A DNA stretch of 64,000 bases from a virus. The stretch lies in the IMG/VR virus record IMGVR_UViG_3300017917_003379; one strand, 5' to 3'. This document shows positions 1 to 9,787 of this stretch, piece after piece (position 1 is the stretch's first letter; the number at the start of each line of letters is the position of its first letter). A program made the position numbers and the translations under genes. Under the pieces are notes generated by a model. That model worked only from the letters and a program-made list of their open reading frames with translations. It did no database searches and was not told the DNA's origin.

Positions 1-368
1 TAACTAATCTTACAAATAAAAAGTTTTATATTGGCAAAAAATACTTTTGGTTTAGTAAAAAGAAAAAATTAACTAAAACACAACTTGCTGAACAAACCGG
101 ACCCGGCCGTAAACCAACACACGAAATTATTCAAACAGAAAGTGATTGGAAAACATATTGGGGGTCATCTAAAGAATTACTTAAAGATATTAAAGAATTA
201 GGTGAAGAACATTTCGAATGTGTTATACTTAAATTATGTAAAACCAAAAAACAACTAACATATTTTGAAATGCATTATCAATGTATAAATGAATGTTTAA
301 TGTCTCCTTCATATAATGATAATATTCTTGGAAAATTCTATCGTAAAGATTTTGATTTGGCAGAATAA
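1..368 (+). CDS. GIY-YIG endonuclease, T4 EndoII/DenA-like (5' partial; absent from ORF track)
   Basis: Manual translation of frame 3: TNLTNKKFYIGKKYFW...ESDWKTYWGSSKELLKDIKELG...YNDNILGKFYRKDF, TAA at 366-368. Confidence 0.75.
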   Translation, partial: TNLTNKKFYIGKKYFWFSKKKKLTKTQLAEQTGPGRKPTHEIIQTESDWKTYWGSSKELLKDIKELGEEHFECVILKLCKTKKQLTYFEMHYQCINECLMSPSYNDNILGKFYRKDFDLAE

Positions 369-381
369 CTTACTATCTTTG
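351..381 (+). promoter_or_regulatory. Bacteroidota sigma70-type promoter (-33 TTTG / -7 TAnnTTTG) for primase
   Basis: TTTG 351-354, 19-nt spacer, TATCTTTG 374-381, ATG at 387. Confidence 0.7.
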
Positions 382-386
382 TAGTT

Positions 387-1325
387 ATGGAAAATGCTGC
401 CCTTTTAATACTATTAGAATCTGTATTAGGTCGTGGTGATAAAACTAGTAGAGGTAATTATGCCTTTAAATGCCCTTTTTGTCAACACCACAAAAATAAA
501 TTAGAAATCAACTGCATAACAAACGAAAAAAAAGAAAATCCTTGGCATTGTTGGGTATGTGAAGCAAAAGGAAAAACAATTAAATCTCTTTTTAAATCGC
601 TGAAGGTATCCACTAATAAAATGTTAGAATTAAATATGGTTATTGTTCCTGGTAAACAGAAAGAAAAAACCATATCTACAGTATTAAGTTTACCCAAAGA
701 ATTTATTCCATTATATAAACCAATTGATGATAGAATTACACAAATTGAAGCAAAACATGCTATTAAATTTTTACGTAAACGTGGAATAACAATTGAAGAT
801 ATTATAAAATATAATATAGGTTTTTGTAATGAAGGACCTTATAAAGAACGTATTATTATACCTTCATATGATGAAAAAGGAATAATAAACTATTTCATAG
901 CCAGATCCTATAAAGATAATACTACAAAATATAAAAACCCTCCAGCTGATGCTAAATCAATTATTGGATGGGAGTTATATATAAATTGGGATGCTCCTAT
1001 TATTTTAGTAGAAGGTATATTTGATGCTTTAACTATTAAGAGAAATGTTATTCCTCTATTTGGGAAAATAATTCATGAAAAACTAATGCAAAAATTAGTA
1101 CGTTCAACTGTTAATAAAATATATATAGCTTTAGATCCTGATGCTATTAAGAATGCTTTAAAACATGCTGAATTATTAATGTCATATAATAAAGAAGTAT
1201 ATTTAGTAGAATTAGATGGTAAGGATGCTAATGAAATTGGATTTGAAAATTTTTTAAAATCAATAGAAAACACACAACCGCTTACTTTCCAAAGTTTATT
1301 ATCCAAAAAATTACAATTAATATGA
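387..1325 (+). CDS. DNA primase (Zn finger + TOPRIM)
   Basis: CPFC...HCWVC zinc ribbon; LVEGIFDA and LDPD TOPRIM motifs; KDANE. Confidence 0.9.
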   Translation: MENAALLILLESVLGRGDKTSRGNYAFKCPFCQHHKNKLEINCITNEKKENPWHCWVCEAKGKTIKSLFKSLKVSTNKMLELNMVIVPGKQKEKTISTVLSLPKEFIPLYKPIDDRITQIEAKHAIKFLRKRGITIEDIIKYNIGFCNEGPYKERIIIPSYDEKGIINYFIARSYKDNTTKYKNPPADAKSIIGWELYINWDAPIILVEGIFDALTIKRNVIPLFGKIIHEKLMQKLVRSTVNKIYIALDPDAIKNALKHAELLMSYNKEVYLVELDGKDANEIGFENFLKSIENTQPLTFQSLLSKKLQLI

Positions 1326-2107
1326 TAGAAAAAAGTACAAATATAATTAAAGACCCAAAAATTAAACGTATCGTTGAATATACAGAAGATAATAAACAAA
1401 TTAACATTTTAGACTCCAGATTCTACAGACGGAATGGCAAATATTATCCTTCAGTAACTTCAATATTAAATTACTTTCCTAAAAACCAATTTTTTCATAG
1501 TTGGTTAAAAGATGTAGGACATAATTCAGACATCATTGCTTCTAAAGCAGCAGCAGAAGGTACTGCTGTACATAATGCTATTGAATCTTTTTTAAATGGT
1601 GATGAAATAAACTGGTTAGACGATTATGGAAATACTAAATATAATTTAGAAGTTTGGAAAATGATATTAAAATTCGCTGAATTTTGGAATACACACAAAC
1701 CAGAATTAGTAGCTTCTGAATATCATTTATTTTCAGATGAACATGAATTTGCAGGAACTGCCGATTTAGTAGTTAAATGGTTAGACAATTTATGGTTATT
1801 AGATATCAAAACTTCCAATTCATTACACACCAGCTATGATTTACAATTATCGGCTTACGCTACAGCATGGAACGAAACACACAACGAAAAAATTACACGT
1901 ACTGGTATAGTATGGTTAAAAGCATCTACCCGTAGTGAAGGTAAAAATGGTAAAATCCAAGGTAAGGGATGGGAAGTAAAAATGATAGATAATATTGAAA
2001 ATAACTTTAAAATGTTTAAATATATACAAGAAATATATAAACTTGAAAACCCTGAATCTAAACCATATACTGAATTATTACCTACTGTAGTTAAGTTAAA
2101 CCATTAA
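1322..2107 (+). CDS. PD-(D/E)XK exonuclease (Cas4/RecB-like phage exonuclease)
   Basis: YPSVTSIL, GTAVH, AGTADL, LLDIKTS, LQLSAY motifs. Confidence 0.85.
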   Translation: MIEKSTNIIKDPKIKRIVEYTEDNKQINILDSRFYRRNGKYYPSVTSILNYFPKNQFFHSWLKDVGHNSDIIASKAAAEGTAVHNAIESFLNGDEINWLDDYGNTKYNLEVWKMILKFAEFWNTHKPELVASEYHLFSDEHEFAGTADLVVKWLDNLWLLDIKTSNSLHTSYDLQLSAYATAWNETHNEKITRTGIVWLKASTRSEGKNGKIQGKGWEVKMIDNIENNFKMFKYIQEIYKLENPESKPYTELLPTVVKLNH

Positions 2108-2115
2108 ATATTTAT
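2108..2115 (+). promoter_or_regulatory. ATATTTAT putative late promoter (first of ~25 copies)
   Basis: Motif recurs just upstream of virion and tagged genes; see findings. Confidence 0.6.
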
Positions 2116-2133
2116 AGATATATACTATAAAAT

Positions 2134-3891
2134 ATGGATATTCTCAATAAACAGTGGTGGAAACAAGTACTTCAACTAAACGAAATAGTAGATAATGATG
2201 TTGAAGATAAAATAATAAAAGGATTTTCATTATATAGATTTCCATCAGGGTTTGGTAGAGCTTACAAAACATCAAATGGTAAAGCATCTCCTTTTCTAGC
2301 TAAACAGATAAATAAATGGATTGAAAAAACATTCCCTGAAAGTAAAGTTAGAGTAGCGTATGAAAAAACGTATGCTACTATTAATATATTCAATCCTAAT
2401 GTTATTCATGAGATGTCTTCTATTCAAGAATCACCTCCTATTAATTTTGGAGATGACTCCCCATATCAAAATTATATTCTACAAAATCGCCATAAAATAG
2501 AACAAGCTGCTTATGCTTTTAATATTCCTATTAGTGATATGGAATATGCATTTAGTGGTGGTAATGAAGTAGTATTAAATGATGAAATGTGGAAAGAAAT
2601 GGAAAATACTAAGTCTTATAATATGAAGACATTAGAAGATGCTATTTCACACGCTTTAAAAATAGGTATTGATCCTAAACCCTATATTGATTATATTAAA
2701 CAGAAAAAAGATATACCCCTTCCTCTTGTATTACAATATTCTCAAGGGAAATATTATTTAGTTGGTGGTGAAATAGTATTATCTATTTATAGATCTTTAG
2801 GCATAATTCCTACTGTACTTTTAGCTACATTAAATTTACAAGATAAAACTTTATCTAAACCTATATTTGAAAATCAAAACAATACCGCAGAATTTAAAAA
2901 TAAACAGATAGATACTATTAAACATTTTTTAAAATATGCTGTTAAAGAATTAGATATAAAACAATTACCTAAAGGTTTAACATTATCGTATGATAATGAA
3001 AAAGCTAAAACTCACCATACATTTGGTACTTTTGATCCTAATTCTGATAAAATATGGTTATACGTTAAAAATAGAAATTTAGCTGATATTCTTCGTACAT
3101 TGGCTCATGAATTAGTTCATCGTAAACAAGCCGAAGAAGGTAGAATAGACATAAATAGTGGAGAAACTGGTAGTGAAATTGAAAATGAAGCCAATGCAAA
3201 AGCAGGAGTATTATTAAGAAATTTTGGTAAAAAACACGAAGAAATTTACGAAGCTAAAAATAGATTTGGAAATTATCTTTTCGGAGATAAAAAATCAGGT
3301 GTTAAAATAGGATGGTATAAAGATGAAATGGAAAAAGATACACCTGCTGAAAAAAAATTATTTGATTTAATAAAAAAATATGCTGATTCTGAACATAGTG
3401 TTTATTCAAAAATAAAATTAGACGATTTAGTCCCTTTATTTAAAATAATCAGAACACAATATCCTGAAATAGGAAAACCCAATCCTGACGAATATATCTA
3501 TAGAGGTACATCTATACCTAAAGAAAAATTAGATGAATTAATAAATAATGCTAAAAACATAGAACCTTATTCTCAAGGTATTATATTATTAAATCAAATG
3601 TATTCTTCAAGACGTCAAGTCCAATCCTGGAGTACAAAATATTACAATGCTGCTAGTTTCGCTGCGGGCACTGCAGAACGTAAAAAAGAAGCCGCTATAA
3701 TTATGAGAGCCAAATCAAGTGATGCTGATTTATATTTTAATCCGGATTTTATGAATAAATTAAGTTCACAAATTGAATATGAAACTTTTAATATTGTAAA
3801 TCCAATTCCTGTAGATATCATGGTGTTAGAAGAATATAAAGATGAATTTGAAGATATGGAAGCAGGGTACTTACATAATAAAGAACAATAA
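2134..3891 (+). CDS. Multidomain protein: ParB-like region, HExxH metallopeptidase, C-terminal ADP-ribosyltransferase-like domain
   Basis: PLPLVLQ..GKYYLVGGE; LRTLAHELVH...ENEANA; YIYRG...QSWST...IEYE (R-S-E pattern). Confidence 0.6.
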   Translation: MDILNKQWWKQVLQLNEIVDNDVEDKIIKGFSLYRFPSGFGRAYKTSNGKASPFLAKQINKWIEKTFPESKVRVAYEKTYATINIFNPNVIHEMSSIQESPPINFGDDSPYQNYILQNRHKIEQAAYAFNIPISDMEYAFSGGNEVVLNDEMWKEMENTKSYNMKTLEDAISHALKIGIDPKPYIDYIKQKKDIPLPLVLQYSQGKYYLVGGEIVLSIYRSLGIIPTVLLATLNLQDKTLSKPIFENQNNTAEFKNKQIDTIKHFLKYAVKELDIKQLPKGLTLSYDNEKAKTHHTFGTFDPNSDKIWLYVKNRNLADILRTLAHELVHRKQAEEGRIDINSGETGSEIENEANAKAGVLLRNFGKKHEEIYEAKNRFGNYLFGDKKSGVKIGWYKDEMEKDTPAEKKLFDLIKKYADSEHSVYSKIKLDDLVPLFKIIRTQYPEIGKPNPDEYIYRGTSIPKEKLDELINNAKNIEPYSQGIILLNQMYSSRRQVQSWSTKYYNAASFAAGTAERKKEAAIIMRAKSSDADLYFNPDFMNKLSSQIEYETFNIVNPIPVDIMVLEEYKDEFEDMEAGYLHNKEQ

Positions 3892-3909
3892 ATAAAATAA
3901 ATTAGGTTT

Positions 3910-4494
3910 ATGAGTGATAATATGTTAAAGTGCGAATTTCGCGGAAAAGATGTACAACGTATGCGTAATATCATTACTAAAGATTACAACGCAAAAACAA
4001 GTACACAAATAGGGTATACTAAAGAATATATTGAACATAAAGAAGGAGATATATGGGAAGAAAATAATAAAACATGGACTATTAAGAATGGTATTAAAAT
4101 GACCATTACTAAGTTAGATATAGTTAGAAAAGCATTAAATATGCCACTTACTTGTCCTACTTGTCATCAACCCATGAATAAAGGTAGATTAGATAAAGTA
4201 ATGTATTCTATCCATAAACAATGTTCTGATTGTGTTATTAAACATGAAACAGAATTAAAACGTCAAGGTAAATTTGAAGAATATCAACAAAATATCAATA
4301 AACAAAGTATATCATACCATATTAAAGAAATGGAAAATATATTGTTAGAATTGGCTTTAAATCAATCTAATGATTCCTTTGTGACTGAAGATGGTGATGT
4401 TGAATCGTGGAAAGGTAAAGGAATTGATTATAAAAAAATAACAGAAGACATCCAAGAATATATTCAAAAATTAAAAGATGTTTTGAATTCATAA
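3910..4494 (+). CDS. Hypothetical protein with two CxxC motifs
   Basis: CPTC and CSDC; 194-aa ORF. Confidence 0.7.
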   Translation: MSDNMLKCEFRGKDVQRMRNIITKDYNAKTSTQIGYTKEYIEHKEGDIWEENNKTWTIKNGIKMTITKLDIVRKALNMPLTCPTCHQPMNKGRLDKVMYSIHKQCSDCVIKHETELKRQGKFEEYQQNINKQSISYHIKEMENILLELALNQSNDSFVTEDGDVESWKGKGIDYKKITEDIQEYIQKLKDVLNS

Positions 4495-4545
4495 TATTTA
4501 TGGGCAATACCTATTTAAACCAATAAAAATAGTTTAGAATTGATT

Positions 4546-5166
4546 ATGCCCACAGAATTAACCGTTGCTATAGTATCATCTGTATTTACTGCTATTATAG
4601 GTCCTATTGCAGTACATTATTTTAAAGAAAAATTAAACAAAAAATCTAAAGATATATTAAAAGAAACCTTAGAAGAAAATACATTAATAATTAATAAATT
4701 AGAAGAAATTAAAAATATCCATAAAGCAGACAGAGTTTGGATAATGCAATTTCATAACGGAGGTAATTTTTACCCAACTGGAAAATCAATCCAGAAATTT
4801 AGCATGTGTTACGAATTAGTAGAATATGGAGTTAGTTCTATTCAACAAAATTTTCAAAATATACCTATTAGCTTATTTAGCAAATCTATAAATCATCTTT
4901 TAGAAGAAGACATAATTGCTATCCCTGATTTTAAGGATGAAACTATACCTACTTATGGGTTAAAATATGTTGCTGAAGAATATGGTTGTAAAAGTGCCTA
5001 TTTAGTTGCTATTAAATCTATAGATGGTAAGTATGTAGGAACATTAGGTATAGAATATACTAAACGTAAAACATCTCTTTCTCAAGAAGAAATAAATAAC
5101 CTATGGATTGAATCAACAGCAATAGGTGGGGTATTGATTTCTTCATTCAAAAACAAAACAATATGA
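4546..5166 (+). CDS. Putative holin, T4 gpT-like (single N-terminal TM + GAF-like domain)
   Basis: Hydrophobic LTVAIVSSVFTAIIGPIAV, then ADRVWIMQFHNG...SAYLVAIKS.DGKYVGTLGIEY GAF-type pattern; ATG 4546 preferred. Confidence 0.55.
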   Translation: MPTELTVAIVSSVFTAIIGPIAVHYFKEKLNKKSKDILKETLEENTLIINKLEEIKNIHKADRVWIMQFHNGGNFYPTGKSIQKFSMCYELVEYGVSSIQQNFQNIPISLFSKSINHLLEEDIIAIPDFKDETIPTYGLKYVAEEYGCKSAYLVAIKSIDGKYVGTLGIEYTKRKTSLSQEEINNLWIESTAIGGVLISSFKNKTI

Positions 5167-5411
5167 TTAAGCTAATAGATATGCTAAAAGAACATGAAGA
5201 AGGAGAAGAATATCCTCCTTACATGTATTCATCAGTAGGATTTGGTTGTCATGTATGTGATTATTATTATACAAAAGATGATAAACATATGTGTCGAAAT
5301 GAACATTATCAAGAATTAATGGGTACTGATGAATTAATTAACCCCAAGACTAAAAAACCAATTAAAGATCCATCAAAATATTGTTCAAACTGGTTTGAAC
5401 CTAAAAAATAA
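5163..5411 (+). CDS. Small Cys-rich protein with class A tag (MIKLIDMLKE)
   Basis: CHVC, C, YCSNW; tag. Confidence 0.7.
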   Translation: MIKLIDMLKEHEEGEEYPPYMYSSVGFGCHVCDYYYTKDDKHMCRNEHYQELMGTDELINPKTKKPIKDPSKYCSNWFEPKK

Positions 5412-5415
5412 TAAT

Positions 5416-6051
5416 ATGAATAAATTAGATATCTATGAAGTTGAAGATTGTGGTTGTTTTGGCCCCAAATTAACTTTAAATGAAGGACAAGATAATATTA
5501 TGTTATCTGAAGGATTAAAATACCATATTCAAGAAGGTAGGATGCTTATACATAATATTTATCGCCCATTATCTAAATCCTATTTTGCTTTAGTACGTGA
5601 AGCACGTGATTTATATAATAAAGGATTATTATCTGTAACTGAGGATGATATGGAACTTTTAGAAAGCAATTTAGGTGAATTCGGTATATATAATGGTATT
5701 AAAGTTCCACTTGATTATGTATTTGATATTGATGAAGTTACCAACTATATTAATGAAGCTACTAAAGATAAAAAGAAAACACCCCCATTAGGCAAACCTA
5801 AACGTGGTGGATCTAAAAAATTCTATGTTTATGTTCGTAAACCAGGTGGAGGAATTAAAAAGGTATCATTTGGAATGGCAGGTGGGGGATTGCGTGCTAA
5901 ATTAAATAACCCAAAAGCACGTCAAGCCTTTGCAAAACGTCATAAATGTTCACAAGCAAAAGATAGAACAACTGCTCGTTATTGGAGTTGTAGACTTCCT
6001 CGTTATGCTAAACTATTAGGCTTCAAAACCAGCTTTAGTGGTTATTGGTAA
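5416..6051 (+). CDS. Hypothetical phage protein with basic C-terminal domain after INE site
   Basis: LNE/LSE/LLE/INE sites; KKFYVYV..KKVSFG..AFAKRHKC..ARYWSC; ATG 5416. Confidence 0.7.
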   Translation: MNKLDIYEVEDCGCFGPKLTLNEGQDNIMLSEGLKYHIQEGRMLIHNIYRPLSKSYFALVREARDLYNKGLLSVTEDDMELLESNLGEFGIYNGIKVPLDYVFDIDEVTNYINEATKDKKKTPPLGKPKRGGSKKFYVYVRKPGGGIKKVSFGMAGGGLRAKLNNPKARQAFAKRHKCSQAKDRTTARYWSCRLPRYAKLLGFKTSFSGYW

Positions 6052-6065
6052 TAAATCGAAAAATC

Positions 6066-6695
6066 ATGAAATACTACAACTTTTTCAAATTTCTAGAAGA
6101 TAAAGGAGAAAAGAAAATCCCTATCAAAGTAAAATTAATACAAAATCCAAACTACCAAATCACACAAGCTGACGCGACACCCGATTTGAATTTATACGAT
6201 ACTCCAATCACATCTCTTGGAAATTTAACTTCAGTTGGTGGCAGTTTGAATTTATACGATACTCCAATCACATCTCTTGGAAATTTAACTTCAGTTGATG
6301 GGAATTTGAATTTACAATATAGTAATGTCAAATCTCTTGGAAATTTAACTTCAGTTGGTGGAGATTTGAATTTATATGGTACTCAAATCGAATCTCTTGG
6401 AAATTTAACTTCGGTTGGTGGGAATTTGTATTTGATAGGAACTAATGTTGAATCTCTAGGAAATTTAACTTCGGTTGGTGGGAATTTGAATTTGGAAAAT
6501 ACTAATATAGAATCTCTTGGAAATTTAACTTCGGTTGGCGGGGATTTGTATTTAAATAATAGTCCAATAAAATCTTTTGGAAATTTAACTTCGGTCGGTG
6601 GATATTTGAGTTTATACAATACTCCCCTATCAAAAAAATACACTGAAGAGCAAATTCGATCAATGGTTGATGTTAAAGGTGAAATATATTTATAA
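6066..6695 (+). CDS. Leucine-rich repeat protein (20-aa SLGNLTSVGGxLxL repeats)
   Basis: Seven 20-aa repeats; ATG 6066. Confidence 0.8.
   Translation: MKYYNFFKFLEDKGEKKIPIKVKLIQNPNYQITQADATPDLNLYDTPITSLGNLTSVGGSLNLYDTPITSLGNLTSVDGNLNLQYSNVKSLGNLTSVGGDLNLYGTQIESLGNLTSVGGNLYLIGTNVESLGNLTSVGGNLNLENTNIESLGNLTSVGGDLYLNNSPIKSFGNLTSVGGYLSLYNTPLSKKYTEEQIRSMVDVKGEIYL
6184..6630 (+). repeat. 60-bp coding tandem repeat, ~7.5 copies
   Basis: tctcttggaaatttaacttc(a/g)gttgg-like core at 6213, 6273, 6333, 6393, 6453, 6513, 6573. Confidence 0.95.
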
Positions 6696-6699
6696 AATC

Positions 6700-7173
6700 A
6701 TGATTAAACTTTTAGATATATTAAAAGAAATTATTGCATTTTCTAATTGGAAAATGCCTTCTTTATCTCAACTTAAACAAGAATATAAAATAGAGCATGA
6801 GATGAAAGGTAATGATTTTTGGGAAAGTGAAGAAGATTTTTTAAATGCTGTTAAGAATGGTAAAATAGTTACCATTACTCCTTCTGAAGATCAAAACATA
6901 TATTATAGAAGTGGAACAGAATCTTATGAAGAACTTTTAAATTTAATTAAATCATATAGATCTTACCCTAAATATAGAAATGAAACTACATTACAATCTT
7001 TATATGATGGATTTAAAAACAATTCACCTATGGATTTACCCATAGTTATAAAATTCCCAGATAATACTAAACGAGTATTTTCAGGTAACACAAGAATGGA
7101 TGTGGCTTTTCAATTAGGTATTAATCCAAAAGTATTATTAGTTAAAAGCGAATCTTATGACCCATCCATATAA
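6700..7173 (+). CDS. ParB/Srx-like protein with class A tag (MIKLLDILKE)
   Basis: PIVIK...VFSGNTRM motif; ATG 6700 follows ATATTTAT at 6686. Confidence 0.6.
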   Translation: MIKLLDILKEIIAFSNWKMPSLSQLKQEYKIEHEMKGNDFWESEEDFLNAVKNGKIVTITPSEDQNIYYRSGTESYEELLNLIKSYRSYPKYRNETTLQSLYDGFKNNSPMDLPIVIKFPDNTKRVFSGNTRMDVAFQLGINPKVLLVKSESYDPSI

Positions 7174-7420
7174 AGACATAGAAACTACATCTGAATATAT
7201 TATACGTGAATTTGATGAAAATATAGATCCTATAGAATTATTATGGCATCGTGATGATGAAAATCGCACAATAGAAATCATAGGAAAAACAGATTGGCAA
7301 CTGCAGCTTGAAGATCAGTTGCCAACTTCATTGAATCGTCCTATATTTATACCACGTCATATGTGGCATCGTGCTATAAAGGGTACTGGCAAATTGTACT
7401 TAAAAATATATAAATCATGA
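7157..7420 (+). CDS. Small cupin-fold protein
   Basis: WHRD...E and IFIPRHMWHR His motifs. Confidence 0.6.
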   Translation: MTHPYKDIETTSEYIIREFDENIDPIELLWHRDDENRTIEIIGKTDWQLQLEDQLPTSLNRPIFIPRHMWHRAIKGTGKLYLKIYKS

Positions 7421-7815
7421 TAAAACTAACAAATATATTATTTGAAATGTTAGACGAGAAAAAAGCAGATCGTTGTAAACGTATTGCTGATCGTCGCTAT
7501 TCAAAACCATCTGCTTATAAATCAGGTGCTATTGTGCGTTGCCGTCAAGGTAAAATATGGAAAAATATTAAAGAAAACGAATTAAATGAATTGGGCCCTA
7601 ATGATATTCATTATCAAAACATACTAAACTATTACGATAAATCTAATGATAATGTTAAAAAGAAAATATTAGAAAAATTTAATATTAAAATTATAAAAAA
7701 TAAAAGCATATCAGAATATGCTGAAGAATATAAAAAGAAATTAGAAAAAGAATTGTCTGAAATAGGACGAGATGTTTTAGAAATAGAACAAGAATTAGGT
7801 ATATCATTAAATTAA
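7417..7815 (+). CDS. Hypothetical protein, class A tag
   Basis: MIKLTNILFEMLDE; RC..PSAYKSGAIVRCR. Confidence 0.7.
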   Translation: MIKLTNILFEMLDEKKADRCKRIADRRYSKPSAYKSGAIVRCRQGKIWKNIKENELNELGPNDIHYQNILNYYDKSNDNVKKKILEKFNIKIIKNKSISEYAEEYKKKLEKELSEIGRDVLEIEQELGISLN

Positions 7816-7829
7816 AAATAAAAATACAA

Positions 7830-8075
7830 ATGAAAAAATCCGAATTAAAAAGAATCATCAAAGAAACCATATCAGACCTTACTCAAAATAATCTAAATGA
7901 ACAAAATGAAGGTGTTAGACAATATCTAAGACAACTTCAAGATTTTGAAGAAACATATGTTGATACTTTAGATGATTTAGAAAATTTAGCTACTGCTGTT
8001 GAATCTTTCCATAGAAGTTTAATTAATAGAATTAAACAAGAAAAAGGAAACGTATACGGAGACTGGGAAGCATAA
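7830..8075 (+). CDS. Hypothetical protein, class B tag
   Basis: MKKSELKRIIKE...NLNE. Confidence 0.7.
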   Translation: MKKSELKRIIKETISDLTQNNLNEQNEGVRQYLRQLQDFEETYVDTLDDLENLATAVESFHRSLINRIKQEKGNVYGDWEA

Positions 8076-8368
8076 TGATCAAGTTAACAGACATATTACT
8101 TGAAATAATAAACGAAACAAGATACGAATCAAGTACTCTGAATGAAAAAAAAGAAACTCTTCGTACTTGGTTTAAACGTAAAGGTGCTCCTGGAAAAGTA
8201 GGTGGATGGGTAGATTGCAACACCTGCCGTAAGGTAGATGGTAAAACTAAATGTAAACCATGTGGTAGACAAAAAGGTGAAAAACGTTCTAAGTATCCTT
8301 CTTGCCGTCCCACTCCATCTCAATGTAAACAACCCGGTAAAGGTAAAAAATGGGGTAAAACAAAATAG
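8075..8368 (+). CDS. Basic Cys-rich protein, class A tag
   Basis: MIKLTDILLEIINE; LRTWF..WVDC..CGR..YPSCRP. Confidence 0.7.
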   Translation: MIKLTDILLEIINETRYESSTLNEKKETLRTWFKRKGAPGKVGGWVDCNTCRKVDGKTKCKPCGRQKGEKRSKYPSCRPTPSQCKQPGKGKKWGKTK

Positions 8369-8410
8369 AAATTAAAATTTTACAATATTTATATATATAA
8401 ATTAAACAAA

Positions 8411-8995
8411 ATGAATAATTCTGCATTACGCTTATTTATAAGAAGTATTATAACTGAAGCTAAAGAAAAAAAGGTTGAAAAAGAACCTAAAAAAACTATA
8501 AAAAAAGAAGAAAAAGCTCCAAAAAGTAGTGGTAAATTAGTAGACCTTAAAAAAGAATTAGCTGCTTTAAAACAATATAAAGATGAGCTTCAAGTAGCTA
8601 AATTTGCAGAAAAAACTGCATCTACTGAGGTTGAATTTGCTGATTTAGCTAAATTTGCTAAAGAATTAGATGCGTTAAAAGCAAAAGGTGTTGCTTTAGA
8701 AAAACAAATTGATGAGAAAATTAAAGAACTTGAAACTCGCATTTCTGATGAAAAAAATAAAATCAAAGAAATGATGGGTCTTACCGCTCCTGAGAAAAAA
8801 GGAGCTAAAAAAATGATGGATGAAAAAAAAGACGAATTAGAAGAAGCTCGTTTTAAAAAAGGTACTGATGTAGGTAAACCTGGTAAAGGATTTGCTAAAA
8901 TAGCTAAATCAGCCGCTAAAAAATATGGTTCAAAAGAAGCTGGTCAAAAAGTAGCAGGTGCTGTATTAAAGAAAGTAGTAGCTAAAAACAAATAA
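8411..8995 (+). CDS. Lys/Glu-rich coiled-coil protein, class B-like tag
   Basis: ALRLFIRSIITE; ELEE then basic C-terminal GKPGKGFAKIAK..KYGSKEAG. Confidence 0.75.
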   Translation: MNNSALRLFIRSIITEAKEKKVEKEPKKTIKKEEKAPKSSGKLVDLKKELAALKQYKDELQVAKFAEKTASTEVEFADLAKFAKELDALKAKGVALEKQIDEKIKELETRISDEKNKIKEMMGLTAPEKKGAKKMMDEKKDELEEARFKKGTDVGKPGKGFAKIAKSAAKKYGSKEAGQKVAGAVLKKVVAKNK

Positions 8996-8996
8996 T

Positions 8997-9374
8997 ATGG
9001 AAAACAATGCTTTAATGGGCCAATTTGTATCTACATTACTTGCTGCTCGTACACAAGCCCATATATTTCATCTTCAAACACCCTCGTTTGCTGCTCATAA
9101 AGCATTAAATGAATTTTATGATGCTATTGTGGATTTAACAGATAGTATTGTTGAATCTTACCAAGGTAAATATGGTATTATTACTGGATACGGCAATGTT
9201 TCTTTACAAGAATACCAAAGTTGTGAAGGTATTATTATGTACTTTAACACTTTATGTATGTTTGTAGAAAAAAGTAGACAAATGTTAGCTCAAGACTCAT
9301 ATATTCAAAATCAAATTGATGAAGTTGTTGCATTGATCAACTCTACAATTTATAAACTACGCTTTTTAAAATGA
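8997..9374 (+). CDS. Ferritin/Dps-like four-helix bundle protein
   Basis: QAHIFH...HKALNEFYD..D..VESYQG; IQNQIDE..YKL. Confidence 0.65.
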   Translation: MENNALMGQFVSTLLAARTQAHIFHLQTPSFAAHKALNEFYDAIVDLTDSIVESYQGKYGIITGYGNVSLQEYQSCEGIIMYFNTLCMFVEKSRQMLAQDSYIQNQIDEVVALINSTIYKLRFLK

Positions 9375-9709
9375 TAAAATTACTTGATATTCTAGAAAAC
9401 CTAGATCCAGTAGGTAAAGAAGATGCTGATATTAATAACGATGGTAAAGTAAATAAAACAGATAAATATTTAGCTAATCGTCGTAAAGCAATAGCTGCTA
9501 ATCTTAAAGAAGGAGATCATGAAGTAGCAATGGCCGTTTCTAGCCTAGAATCAATTGCCAAAGCAATTGTTGAATTAAGACAAAAACTTGGAAATGTTGA
9601 ACGTAACATTCCAGGTTGGATTCAAGATCATATAGCAAAAGCAGAAAACTATATTGAGCAAGCTGCTCAAGGTTTTCATGAATTAAAACATATAGATGAA
9701 AATAAATAA
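9371..9709 (+). CDS. Hypothetical protein, class A tag, EF-hand-like loop
   Basis: MIKLLDILE; DINNDGKVNKTD. Confidence 0.7.
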   Translation: MIKLLDILENLDPVGKEDADINNDGKVNKTDKYLANRRKAIAANLKEGDHEVAMAVSSLESIAKAIVELRQKLGNVERNIPGWIQDHIAKAENYIEQAAQGFHELKHIDENK

Positions 9710-9787
9710 ATTACTGTAATTAAAAATAGTAATTTTAATTTTAAAAATCCTTATAGATCATAAAAATAAGGAAAACTAAAGAAACCA

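Noticed and set aside
1322-2107. Cas4 as part of a CRISPR system
   Set aside because: Lacks the four-Cys cluster and sits next to primase, as expected for a phage recombination/replication nuclease
6184-6630. Regular 60-bp repeats as a CRISPR array
   Set aside because: Units are in-frame 20-aa LRR codons with no unique spacers and no cas operon nearby
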